Shown one piece after another: positions 1 through 8,805 of a stretch of DNA of 64,000 nucleotides; position 1 is the first letter of the stretch, and the number at the start of each line of letters is the position of its first letter. The translations under genes were made by a program, and so were the position numbers. The notes below the pieces were generated by a model that saw only the letters and a list, made by a program, of their open reading frames with translations, was not told the origin of the DNA and did no database searches. The DNA comes from an uncultured Alphaproteobacteria bacterium (GTDB taxonomy: Bacteria; Pseudomonadota; Alphaproteobacteria; Rhizobiales; Xanthobacteraceae): positions 3,295 through 67,294 of the forward strand of contig CAWGRN010000021.1 of the NCBI GenBank assembly GCA_963825015.1. Reading direction: 5' to 3'.

Positions 1-376
1 CTCAGGCCCGGTCAAGATGCTGGCCAAGGAGCGCTGGGCAGGCGGCATCGACGCGGTCGGCTCCACCATGCTGGCCAACCTGTTGTCGATGACCCGCTAC
101 GGCGGGGCGGTAGCCGCCTGCGGCCTGGCCGGCGGCATGGACCTGCCGACCTCGGTCGCCCCCTTTATTTTGCGCGGGGTGTGTCTTTACGGCATCGACT
201 CGGTGATGTGCCCGATCGAGCGGCGGAAAGAAGCGTGGAAAAGGCTGGAAACCGATCTGGACCGCCCCAAACTGGCCGCGATGACCCGGGAAATAGGCCT
301 TTCCGAGGTGCCGGAAGCGGCCGCCGCCATCCTCGCGGGCCAGGTCCGCGGCCGGATCGTGGTCAAGATACGGTAA
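1..376 (+). CDS. YhdH/AcuI-family MDR oxidoreductase (acryloyl-CoA reductase-like), C-terminal part; 5' end lies outside the window
   Basis: [34 protein letters not shown] and GQVRGRIVV match the C-terminus of the YhdH/AcuI family. Confidence 0.88.
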   Translation, partial: SGPVKMLAKERWAGGIDAVGSTMLANLLSMTRYGGAVAACGLAGGMDLPTSVAPFILRGVCLYGIDSVMCPIERRKEAWKRLETDLDRPKLAAMTREIGLSEVPEAAAAILAGQVRGRIVVKIR

Positions 377-477
377 ACTCGTTCAGGATTTAGCGACGAA
401 CGGCAGGCATACTCCGGCAGGCTTGAAAAACCGGGCCGGTATTCGTTAAATCGGTGGCGTCAGTCGGAGTTGTTGTG

Positions 478-935
478 ATGTTGCGTGGGATTGCGTTGAC
501 GGTCGGCCTGTTGGCCGCCGTACCGGCGTTCGCCGGCGAGATGAGCGCTGAGGAAGCGCGGCGTTTCGTCGTCGGCAAGATGTTCAATTACACCTGCTTC
601 GAAGGCACGCGCGGGCAGGGCCGCGTCCTGTCCGATGGCTCGGTCGTCGGCTCCATCCAGTTCCAGGGCGCCGGTCAGGTGCGCTACGCCGCGTCTGCCG
701 GCCGGCACGCTGCAGGTCAAAGGCGAAGCGGTTTGCGCCTCGGTGCGCGGTCTGCCGGTGCAGCCGTGCTTCAATCTGCAACGCATCGACAGCAACAGCT
801 TCCGCGGTTCGATCTCTGGGCTGGGCTTTGCCTATTGCGAGTTCACCCGCCACAACGGGCGCACGACGGTTGTGCGCATCCTCGCACCGCGCCGGTCCGC
901 TGGGCCTGCGGCCTTCGATCGCTGCCAGCAACTAA
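478..935 (+). CDS. Exported hypothetical protein (two frameshifts, near 690 and 878)
   Basis: Signal peptide MLRGIALTVGLLAAVPAFA; frames join as ...FNYTCFEGTRGQGR...LPAGTLQVKGEAVCASVRGLPVQPCFNL...PLGLRPSIAASN*. Confidence 0.65.
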
Positions 936-1059
936 GCCGCTCAATATCTAAATCCAACAAGTTGCCGGAAAAATCATGCAGGTCGTGGTGGCGTGAGCTT
1001 AAAGCTATGCCGCTCAACTTAAGCCCCTGCCATTGAATGCAGGCAGCCTACTTCAGCCG

Positions 1060-1566
1060 TTACGCGATATCGAGCCGGAACGGCACGCCTTCTTCGGCGG
1101 CATGGCCGGGGCCGAGCGCCTCGACCGCGCGCACCATGCGGCCGTCGCGTTGCAGCAGTCTGTCGGCGATCGACACGATGCGCGCATTGGGTTGCGCGGT
1201 GCGCGAGGCGCGCCGGATCGCCTGCGCGATCTGCATTTCGTCGCGCCGCGGATTGAGCACGCAGGCGGTGACGTAGGCCGCGGCGGTCGAGCGGCTGATG
1301 CCGGCAAAGCAATGCACCACCATCGGCGCGGCGCGATCCCACTGGCCGACGAATTCGATCAGGCGCTCGACGTGCTCCTGCGCCGGAACGGTATAGCCGT
1401 CCACCGGCAGGGCGATGTCGTCGACCGCGAGCACCAGGTGGTTCTCCGGCGCGATATGGCTCGGCCGCTGCACCCGGTCGGTGAGCCGCAAGAGCGTGAC
1501 GATATGGCGGGCCCCGGTCTCGTCGACCGTGGCATGCAGACGTGCGAGCGAGCAGACGTGAATCAT
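1060..1566 (-). CDS. Protein-tyrosine/dual-specificity phosphatase-like protein
   Basis: P-loop HCFAGISRS (CX5R). Confidence 0.9.
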   Translation of the reverse strand: MIHVCSLARLHATVDETGARHIVTLLRLTDRVQRPSHIAPENHLVLAVDDIALPVDGYTVPAQEHVERLIEFVGQWDRAAPMVVHCFAGISRSTAAAYVTACVLNPRRDEMQIAQAIRRASRTAQPNARIVSIADRLLQRDGRMVRAVEALGPGHAAEEGVPFRLDIA

Positions 1567-1627
1567 GATGCAACCGGTAAGCGGTTCGTTTGTCTTATGT
1601 ATGACGGCGGCGCCGCGGCGGAAAGCG

Positions 1628-2254
1628 TCATGCGCGCAGCAGTTTTTCGAACCGCTCGCGGTATTGCCGCTCGGCGGTGCCGGCCGGCCACGGCGTCAGA
1701 TAGTCGCGCTCGATGGCGGCGGAGAATTTCGGCGGCTGGCCGAAGAAGCTGCGCGCCTCGGCGTCCTCGAATCCGGCGAGCCGCGTCGCCTCCAGATAGG
1801 CGGCGGCGCGGTCGGCGGTCTTGATCAGTTTTTGCAGCGTCTCGGGGATCTTCGCCGGCAGGCCGAAGCGCAGATGGATGGCGCCGAGCAGCCGGTGTTC
1901 CACCGCCTTGTAGCTGTCGCCGATCACCGACTTGAACGGCGAGATCATGTCGCCGATCACATATTCCGGGGCGTCGTGCAGCAGCACCGCGAGCCGGCCG
2001 TTGCGGTCGAGCCGCGGCACTTTCGCCCGCGCCAGCGCCTCGACAAGCAGCGAATGCTGCGCCACCGAAAAAATATGCGCGCCTTTGGTTTGCCCGTTCC
2101 AGCGCGCGACGCGCGCCAGGCCATGCGCGATGTCTTCCAGTTCGACGTCGAGCGGCGAGGGGTCGAGCAGATCGAGCCGCCGGCCCGACAGCATGCGCTG
2201 CCAGGCGCGCGCCGCCGCCGCTTTTGGCTTGATTATCGTGCGAGCCTTGCTCAT
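1628..2254 (-). CDS. HD-domain hydrolase (YfbR-like 5'-deoxynucleotidase family)
   Basis: EDIAHGLARVARWNGQT, SVAQHS and LLHDAPEYVIGD motifs. Confidence 0.88.
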   Translation of the reverse strand: MSKARTIIKPKAAAARAWQRMLSGRRLDLLDPSPLDVELEDIAHGLARVARWNGQTKGAHIFSVAQHSLLVEALARAKVPRLDRNGRLAVLLHDAPEYVIGDMISPFKSVIGDSYKAVEHRLLGAIHLRFGLPAKIPETLQKLIKTADRAAAYLEATRLAGFEDAEARSFFGQPPKFSAAIERDYLTPWPAGTAERQYRERFEKLLRA

Positions 2255-2859
2255 TTGCGCTTGCCAAGCTTGGCGCAGGCCTCATGCCGATGGCAGGTCA
2301 TCAAATGGTCGTTGACCATGCCGACCGCCTGCATGAAGGCATAGACGATGGTCGGGCCGACGAACTTGAAGCCATGGCTGAGAAGTTCCTTGGACATCGC
2401 GCGCGAAACGTCGGAGTCGGTCGGGATCTGGCTGCTGCTGCGGAACTTGTGGTCCTTGGGCCTGCCGTCGAGATGCGCCCATAACATTTTCGAAAATCCC
2501 GGACCGCTGTCCATGATCTTGAGAAAGGCGCGGGCCGAGTTGACCGCGCCTTCGATCTTGGCGCGGTTGCGCACGATGCCGGCGTCCTGCATCAGCCGCT
2601 CGATCTTCTTCGGCGTATAGCGGGCGATTTTTTCCGGATCGAAATCGTCGAAGGCGCGGCGGAAGTTCTCGCGCTTGCGCAAAATCGTGATCCACGACAA
2701 CCCGGCCTGGAAACCGTCGAGCATCAGCTTTTCATAAAGCGCGCGGTCATCCCATTCCGGCACGCCCCATTCCTCGTCGTGATAGGCGACGTAAAGCGGA
2801 TCCTTGGTCGCCCAGGAGCAGCGCTTGATGCCATCGTCGTGCAGAATGGGCCCGCTCAT
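2251..2859 (-). CDS. tag: DNA-3-methyladenine glycosylase I
   Basis: RCSW...YHDEEWG, FQAGLSWITIL, FKFVGPTIVYAFMQAVGMVNDH; overlaps both neighbours by 4 nt. Confidence 0.95.
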   Translation of the reverse strand: MSGPILHDDGIKRCSWATKDPLYVAYHDEEWGVPEWDDRALYEKLMLDGFQAGLSWITILRKRENFRRAFDDFDPEKIARYTPKKIERLMQDAGIVRNRAKIEGAVNSARAFLKIMDSGPGFSKMLWAHLDGRPKDHKFRSSSQIPTDSDVSRAMSKELLSHGFKFVGPTIVYAFMQAVGMVNDHLMTCHRHEACAKLGKRK

Positions 2860-3755
2860 GACGCGGCTTTGGCTTCGCCCGGCCACGGGAACGTCGCCCA
2901 ATCCGGTTTCACCGGTTGGATGACGACGCCGCCGGCGGTCAGCGGAATGGCGGCGGCAAGCGCGTCGGCAACGCGATCGAGCCGGAGCAGAGCGAGGCCG
3001 CGGCCTTGCGCCGCCGAACCCATCATACCAACCGGCTTGTCGCCCGCCGTTACCGGCAAACCGGCGAGCGGCGCGTATTCGAACGTGACCGGCACGACGC
3101 GGTTGCGGGCGCTGGCACGATGTTCGACCCGCGACACCACCTCCTGACCGATATAGCAGCCCTTGTCGAAATCGACGCCTGAGAGCTGGTCCATGTCGGC
3201 TTCATGCGGGAACGTGTCGCCATAGCTGAAATCATTGCCGCCGCGCGGCACGCCGAGCGCGATGCGGTGGGCGTCGTAAGCTTCGGGTTCCACCAATGCC
3301 GCAGCCATCGCGGCGGCGGCCTCGGCGGCAAGCTGCGGTGGCAGGATGATGCGCAGGCCGAGCCCAGGCAGCCGCGGATCGGGGTTGCACAGGCCGAATT
3401 CGCTGTCGGCAGGCTTGTCGCCGGCGCCGCCCCAGACCGCCATGACGCCAAGCCCAGCGGACAGGTCCTCGACCGTCACCTTGGCGCGCAACTTGTAGAA
3501 TTTGAGCTTTTCCACAAGAACGGGCACCAGGGCACGCGGGCAGTCGAGGAAGAAGCCGCCGCCGTCGTCGGGCGTGGCTTCCGCGACCATGAAATCGACG
3601 ATGATCTTGCCCTGGGGCGTGAGCAGCGCGGCAAAACAGGCGGCGCCGGGGGCGACCTTGCCGATATCGTTGGTCACCAGCCCATTGAGGAAGCGCCGGG
3701 CGTCGTCGCCGGCGACCTTGACCACGCCTCGTTCGGGAAGCAGCGCTGCTTGCAT
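2856..3755 (-). CDS. ygfZ: Folate-binding protein YgfZ (GcvT family)
   Basis: KGCYIGQEVVSR signature; start taken at MQAALLPERG. Confidence 0.93.
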   Translation of the reverse strand: MQAALLPERGVVKVAGDDARRFLNGLVTNDIGKVAPGAACFAALLTPQGKIIVDFMVAEATPDDGGGFFLDCPRALVPVLVEKLKFYKLRAKVTVEDLSAGLGVMAVWGGAGDKPADSEFGLCNPDPRLPGLGLRIILPPQLAAEAAAAMAAALVEPEAYDAHRIALGVPRGGNDFSYGDTFPHEADMDQLSGVDFDKGCYIGQEVVSRVEHRASARNRVVPVTFEYAPLAGLPVTAGDKPVGMMGSAAQGRGLALLRLDRVADALAAAIPLTAGGVVIQPVKPDWATFPWPGEAKAAS

Positions 3756-3861
3756 ATGAATCTCTTGGGGTGATCCCGATGGGCTAGTCTCTTGCCAGAA
3801 CTCGCGGCGAAACGTAAGCGCTGTTGGGACGAGCCTCAAGCCCCGTTTAGAGCCGCTTTAA

Positions 3862-5196
3862 ATGTCCGAGACCTACGACCTCATCCTCAAGGGCGGCACC
3901 GTGGTCAACCACGACGGCGAGGGTGCGCGCGATATCGGCATCAGCGCCGGCCGCTTTGCCGCCATCGGCGACCTTGCGCGCGCCTCGGCCGGTGAGGTGC
4001 TCGACTGCCGCGGCCTGCACGTGCTGCCGGGCGTGATCGACAGCCACGTGCACATGCGCGAGCCGGGCCTCACCCACAAGGAGGACCTGGAAAGCGGTTC
4101 GCGCTCCGCCGTCTTGGGCGGCGTCACCGCCGTGTTCGAAATGCCGAACACCGACCCGCCGACCATCGATGCCGCCGCGGTCGCCGACAAGGTCGCGCGC
4201 GGGCATCATCGGATGCATTGCGATTTCGCTTTCTATGTCGGCGCCACGCGCGAGAACACCAAGGACCTGGGCGAACTGGAAATGCTGCCGGGCGTCGCCG
4301 GCGTCAAAGTGTTCATGGGTTCCTCGACCGGCTCGCTGCTGATCGAGGACGATGACGGCGTGCGCGCGGTGCTCAAGGCGATCCGCCGCCGCGCGGTGTT
4401 CCATTCCGAGGACGAATACCGCCTGCGCGAGCGCATGGGCTTTCGCGTCGACGGCGATCCGCGCTCGCACCCGATCTGGCGCGACGCCACCGCGGCTTTG
4501 ATGTGCACCCAGCGGCTGATCGCGCTGGCGCACGAGACCGGCAAGCGCGTGCACGTGTTGCATGTGACCAGCCGCGACGAAATGGAGTTCCTTGGCGCAC
4601 ACAAGGACGTCGCCTCGGCGGAATGCACGCCGCATCATCTGACCATGGCGGCGCCCGAATGCTACGAGCAGCACGGCACCTTCGCGCAGATCAATCCGCC
4701 GATCCGCGACGCCGCGCACCGCGACGGCCTCTGGCGCGGTATCGCCCAGGGCATCGTCGACAGTCTCGGCTCCGATCACTCGCCGCATACGATTGCCGAA
4801 AAATCGCAGCCCTATCCGAAGGCCCATTCCGGCATCACCGGCGTGCAGACGCTGGTTCCGATCATGCTCGATCACGTCAATGCCGGCCGGCTGTCGTTGC
4901 AGCGCTTTGTCGATCTCACCAGCGCCGGCCCGGCCCGGCTGTTCGGCATCGCCGCCAAGGGCCGCATCGCCGTCGGCTACGACGCCGATCTGACTGTGGT
5001 CGACCTCAAGCGCCGCGAGACCATCAGCAACGGCTGGATCGCTTCGCGCGCCGGGTGGACGCCCTATGACGGCGTCAGCGTCACCGGCTGGCCGGTGGGG
5101 ACACTGATTCGCGGCCATCGGGCAATGTGGCAGGGCGACGTGGCCGCGCCGGCTCACGGCGAAAGCGTGCGGTTCCAAGAATCTCTGGCGCACTAG
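3862..5196 (+). CDS. pyrC: Dihydroorotase
   Basis: DSHVHMREPG, FEMPNT, KVFMGSS, GSDHSPH. Confidence 0.88.
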   Translation: MSETYDLILKGGTVVNHDGEGARDIGISAGRFAAIGDLARASAGEVLDCRGLHVLPGVIDSHVHMREPGLTHKEDLESGSRSAVLGGVTAVFEMPNTDPPTIDAAAVADKVARGHHRMHCDFAFYVGATRENTKDLGELEMLPGVAGVKVFMGSSTGSLLIEDDDGVRAVLKAIRRRAVFHSEDEYRLRERMGFRVDGDPRSHPIWRDATAALMCTQRLIALAHETGKRVHVLHVTSRDEMEFLGAHKDVASAECTPHHLTMAAPECYEQHGTFAQINPPIRDAAHRDGLWRGIAQGIVDSLGSDHSPHTIAEKSQPYPKAHSGITGVQTLVPIMLDHVNAGRLSLQRFVDLTSAGPARLFGIAAKGRIAVGYDADLTVVDLKRRETISNGWIASRAGWTPYDGVSVTGWPVGTLIRGHRAMWQGDVAAPAHGESVRFQESLAH

Positions 5197-5344
5197 CGGC
5201 GGTTCCATCTGTGCGAGTTGTCCCCAGACTTTTCACGCAACCCAGCCCTGTAAAATTGCAAAGCCCGCGCGACTCTCTATCAAAGGTACCCGCGCACCCC
5301 TGTTTCGGCCGGGCTTAGTCGGGATACTGGGCGCAGGAACGATA

Positions 5345-6091
5345 ATGAGCGGCGAGCTGATTTCGCTCCACATGCTGTTGATCGCGGCCGAGCCGCCGGA
5401 TCAATCGCTATGGCGTGAAGCCGCGGCCATGGCATCCGTTCCAATCGAACTCGAAGTGCTTGAGGTTGCGCGCGCCGCTGCCGCGATCGCCCGATGCACC
5501 GCCGATATTTGCGTGCTCGATGCGGGTTTGTCCGATGCCCACAGGGCCATCCTCGTCAAGGCGGCAAGCGCGGCGCAGCCGCGGCCATTGATGTTCGTGT
5601 CCGCGCCGGCAGGCGGCGCTCGGGTCGAAGGCGTCGATGGCACATTGACCAAGCCGAACAATGTGGATGAGGCCCGCAAACTGGTCCAGCTATGCATCCG
5701 CGCAAGGCTTCCGACCCGTGTGTTGGTCGTGGACGATTCCGGCACCATGCGCAGCATTGTGCGCAAGACCTTGTTGGCGAGCCATTTCATATTCGATATT
5801 CACGAAGCGGCGGAAGGCAACGCCGCGCTTGAACGATTGCGCAACGGCAAATTCGGCATGGTATTTCTCGATTACAACATGCCCGGCCTTAACGGCTTCG
5901 AGACTTTGACGGAAATCAAACGCCTGTGTCCCGATGTCGCCGTGGTGATGATGACGTCGACGATCGACAACGCCGTCGCCGACCGGGCGCATGCCGCGGG
6001 CGCCCATGGCTTCCTCAAGAAGCCGTTTTATCCGGCGGATATCGACGCGTTGGTAGAGCGCCATTACGGCTTGAACGCATCGCGCGGCTAA
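5345..6091 (+). CDS. Response regulator with a degenerate N-terminal receiver and an intact C-terminal receiver, no output domain
   Basis: C-terminal VLVVDDS, FLDYNMP, MMTS, KKPF; the N-terminal half has VLDAGL and TKP but lacks the acidic pair. Confidence 0.85.
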   Translation: MSGELISLHMLLIAAEPPDQSLWREAAAMASVPIELEVLEVARAAAAIARCTADICVLDAGLSDAHRAILVKAASAAQPRPLMFVSAPAGGARVEGVDGTLTKPNNVDEARKLVQLCIRARLPTRVLVVDDSGTMRSIVRKTLLASHFIFDIHEAAEGNAALERLRNGKFGMVFLDYNMPGLNGFETLTEIKRLCPDVAVVMMTSTIDNAVADRAHAAGAHGFLKKPFYPADIDALVERHYGLNASRG

Positions 6092-6130
6092 ATTTTTTTA
6101 AGGAATAGCCGAGGCCGCGGCGGGACGCGG

Positions 6131-6400
6131 CTACTGGCGCTGCTGCGGCTCGATCGAGAATTCGCCGTTGCGGATGCGGGCGCCGAGCCCTTCGGTGAAA
6201 GTGGCGGCCGCGTCCTCGCCATAAGTGGTGACGAATTCGGCCAGGGCGGCGAACAGGCAGGCCTGCGCCAGGCAGTCGCCGTCGATGCCGTCGAGCTTGG
6301 CTTCGGCCCAGGCTTCATGCAGGTAGCCCAAAGCCACGCGCTTCTGCTCGTGGTCCGGCACAGGCTCGCGCGTGTGAGTGGATCGCCCCGCTGTCGTCAT
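6131..6400 (-). CDS. Small helical hypothetical protein
   Basis: Clean ORF with host-like codon usage (QKRVALGYLHEAWAEAKLDGID...RIRNGEFS); start taken at MTTAGRST. Confidence 0.75.
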   Translation of the reverse strand: MTTAGRSTHTREPVPDHEQKRVALGYLHEAWAEAKLDGIDGDCLAQACLFAALAEFVTTYGEDAAATFTEGLGARIRNGEFSIEPQQRQ

Positions 6401-6494
6401 TGTCACCTTTGTCCCCTGGTATCCGTCGAGGGACACCAGTCCCAAGTCCCGATTTGGACGTTAGCACGCGGGGCCAACCGACCAAGCCCGGACC

Positions 6495-6524
6495 TAAAGG
6501 AAAGGTTAATAACGCACGGTTTAA
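6495..6524 (-). promoter_or_regulatory. Tandem near-consensus CtrA-type sites
   Basis: Minus strand reads TTAA-ACCGTGC-GTTA TTAA-CCTTTCC-TTTA, upstream of 6131..6400. Confidence 0.5.
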
Positions 6525-6913
6525 TTAGCGTATCGCGCGGTGATTTCGCGGGCGATCTTGGCGCCTTCATCGAGATATCGGCGAATCACCACATCGGCGG
6601 CGGGCGTACAGGTGCGATAGGTCTGCTGAAACCCGCGGTAACCACGATTGAAGCTGGCGACAATTTGGCGCCGCCGTTCGCCATTGGGCGCCTCGGCGTC
6701 GACCAAAGCCTGCATCTCGTTGCGCCATTTCTGGCCTTCATTGGCGCCGCAGACCCCGCGCAGATATTGCAGCGAGCCGAGGATCTCAGCGAGCCGCTGC
6801 AGGTCCTTGTCGAACGGCGCTGACTCGCCTTCCGCGGCGCGCGCCGGCAGCGTCAGGCACATCAGGATCGCGCCGATGGTCAGCAGCTTTTTCACGCTCG
6901 GAGACCCAGCCAT
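6521..6913 (-). CDS. TIGR02301-family exported protein
   Basis: Signal peptide; LQRLAEILGSLQYLRGVC...WRNEMQAL...FNRGYRGF...CT. Confidence 0.85.
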   Translation of the reverse strand: MAGSPSVKKLLTIGAILMCLTLPARAAEGESAPFDKDLQRLAEILGSLQYLRGVCGANEGQKWRNEMQALVDAEAPNGERRRQIVASFNRGYRGFQQTYRTCTPAADVVIRRYLDEGAKIAREITARYAN

Positions 6914-6962
6914 GGTGGCGGCTGATATGCCCTTGCTCTGAGGCAATCGCAAGGCACGCGGT

Positions 6963-7406
6963 TCAGACCTTTCCGGCCAACAGATCGACGGCGGCGGCAA
7001 CGATCTCCGCCAGGCCTTCGGTGGTGCGCATGCCCGCAAGCTCCGCCGGCACGATCCAGCGCGCATCGTCGAGTTCCTCGTTGAGCACCGGCTCGCCCGA
7101 GAGCCAGCGCGCGGCAAAACACAGAATCACGAAATGCCGCTCGACGCGGCCTTGCGCGTCGCGCATCACCGCCTCGCGATGACCGGCGAGCGCCACCGGC
7201 TCGATTTCGAGCGCGGTCTCCTCGCGCACTTCGCGGGCGACCGCTTCGAACAGCGTTTCGCCGGCTTCAACGACGCCGCCCGGCATGGTGTAGAGATTGA
7301 GCGCCGGTTTGCGGGCGCGCCGCACCACCAGCACCTTGCCGTCGCGCAAAATGGCGGCGCTGACGGCGAGAAACGGGCGCGTGGGATAGGTTCTAGCGTC
7401 TGACAC
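6963..7406 (-). CDS. NUDIX hydrolase
   Basis: Nudix box GGVVEAGETLFEAVAREVREETAL; GTG start at VSDARTYP. Confidence 0.92.
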   Translation of the reverse strand: MSDARTYPTRPFLAVSAAILRDGKVLVVRRARKPALNLYTMPGGVVEAGETLFEAVAREVREETALEIEPVALAGHREAVMRDAQGRVERHFVILCFAARWLSGEPVLNEELDDARWIVPAELAGMRTTEGLAEIVAAAVDLLAGKV

Positions 7407-7411
7407 AGCCA

Positions 7412-7939
7412 CTATATTTTCATCAGCCCGTCGACCACCGCTTGCGGCGCCGGCGATTGGCCGAAACCAGTTTCGCCGTTGATCACCGCGCCGGCGCGCG
7501 CCACCAGCGGTCTGAGCCAGGCGGCGGCGCGATCGGCCAGCAAGCCCGCCGCCTCGCACGGCATGTCGGTCGTCATCGCCGCGCGCGTTGCCTCTAGCAC
7601 GGCGGTCATGGTGGCGGCCAGCGAGTCCAGGCAGTTGCGCAGAACCGGATCGGCGGTCTCGTAGGCCGCGATCGCCAGGTCGCGGCCGGTAAAGCGCGAG
7701 GCCGCGAAATGCTCGCGATAGCTCATCGGCCGCCAGCCGAGAAAATCGTCGATGCAATCGGGACAGTCCGACAGCATTTCGAGCAGCATGATGGCTTCGT
7801 TGAAATGGTTGAGATAGTCGGTGGCAAGCCCGGTCGCCGGATTGATGTTGGCGTCGGCCAGCCGTGGCGCGCAGGCGTCCGCGCCGCCGCACGCCGCGTC
7901 GGCCGCTTGCACCGCTTCGCCGCCATCCTGATATTTCAT
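7412..7939 (-). CDS. Hypothetical protein
   Basis: Clean ORF containing INPATGLATDYLNHFNEAIMLLEM...SYREHF. Confidence 0.75.
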   Translation of the reverse strand: MKYQDGGEAVQAADAACGGADACAPRLADANINPATGLATDYLNHFNEAIMLLEMLSDCPDCIDDFLGWRPMSYREHFAASRFTGRDLAIAAYETADPVLRNCLDSLAATMTAVLEATRAAMTTDMPCEAAGLLADRAAAWLRPLVARAGAVINGETGFGQSPAPQAVVDGLMKI

Positions 7940-7985
7940 GGGCCCCCGCCCGCGCTCCGCCGGGCCGCCAGTGTTATAGTCCGGG

Positions 7986-8001
7986 GTTAAAGTGCGCTTA
8001 A
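7986..8001 (-). promoter_or_regulatory. Consensus CtrA binding site
   Basis: Minus strand TTAA-GCGCACT-TTAAC equals TTAA-N7-TTAAC, in the divergent intergenic region. Confidence 0.7.
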
Positions 8002-8028
8002 GCGCAGGCCATTGAGGATGTTTTAATT

Positions 8029-8799
8029 ATGTGCGGCCGCTACACCGTCATCGCCTCGCCGGAAGCGATCCGGGCGCTGTTTGGCTATGAGGAGCAGCCC
8101 AATTTCCCGCCGCGGTACAACGTGGCGCCGACGCAGCCGATCGCCATCGTCCGCTTGATCGACGGCAAGCGCCATTTCGCCCTGGTGCGCTGGGGACTGC
8201 TGCCGTCCTGGGTCAAGGACCCGAAGGCTTTCACGCTGCTGATCAATGCGCGCGGCGAGGCCGCCGCCGAAAAACCGGCTTTCCGCGCCGCCATGAAACG
8301 GCGGCGCTGCCTGATCCCGGCCGACGGCTTTTATGAATGGAAGCCGATCGGCGCCCGCAAGCAGCCTTATTACGTGCACGCCAAAGCCGGCGGGCCGCTC
8401 GCCTTTGCCGGCCTGTGGGAGACCTGGACCGGGCCGAACGGCGAGGAGTTGGAGACCGCCGCGATCGTCACGACCAGGGCCAACCGCACGCTCGCCCCGA
8501 TCCACGACCGCATGCCGGTGATCGTTGCGCCCGAGCAGTTCGATCTCTGGCTCGACAACGCCAACGTCGAACCTGTCGTGGCCGCGGCGCTGATCAAGCC
8601 CGCGCCGGACGATCTGCTCGAAGCCATTCCGGTTTCAACCGACGTCAACCGCCCGGCCAACGACAATCCGAAGCTGGTGGAGCAAGTCGATGAATTCGTC
8701 GAGGCGGAATTGGCCGCCAAGCCCGCGCGCAAAGCCGGCGCCAAACGTGTAGCGGCAAAACCGCCGAAGAAAACCAACGGGCAGGGGACGTTGTTTTAG
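8029..8799 (+). CDS. SOS response-associated peptidase (SRAP/YedK/HMCES abasic-site shielding protein)
   Basis: MCGRY N-terminus (catalytic Cys2), INARGE, RRCLIPADGFYEW, IHDRMP. Confidence 0.95.
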   Translation: MCGRYTVIASPEAIRALFGYEEQPNFPPRYNVAPTQPIAIVRLIDGKRHFALVRWGLLPSWVKDPKAFTLLINARGEAAAEKPAFRAAMKRRRCLIPADGFYEWKPIGARKQPYYVHAKAGGPLAFAGLWETWTGPNGEELETAAIVTTRANRTLAPIHDRMPVIVAPEQFDLWLDNANVEPVVAAALIKPAPDDLLEAIPVSTDVNRPANDNPKLVEQVDEFVEAELAAKPARKAGAKRVAAKPPKKTNGQGTLF

Positions 8800-8805
8800 A
8801 GATGC

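Noticed and set aside
7940-8028. LexA box upstream of SRAP
   Set aside because: No GTTC-N7-GTTC or GAAC-N7-GAAC seen; only the CtrA-type motif is present.
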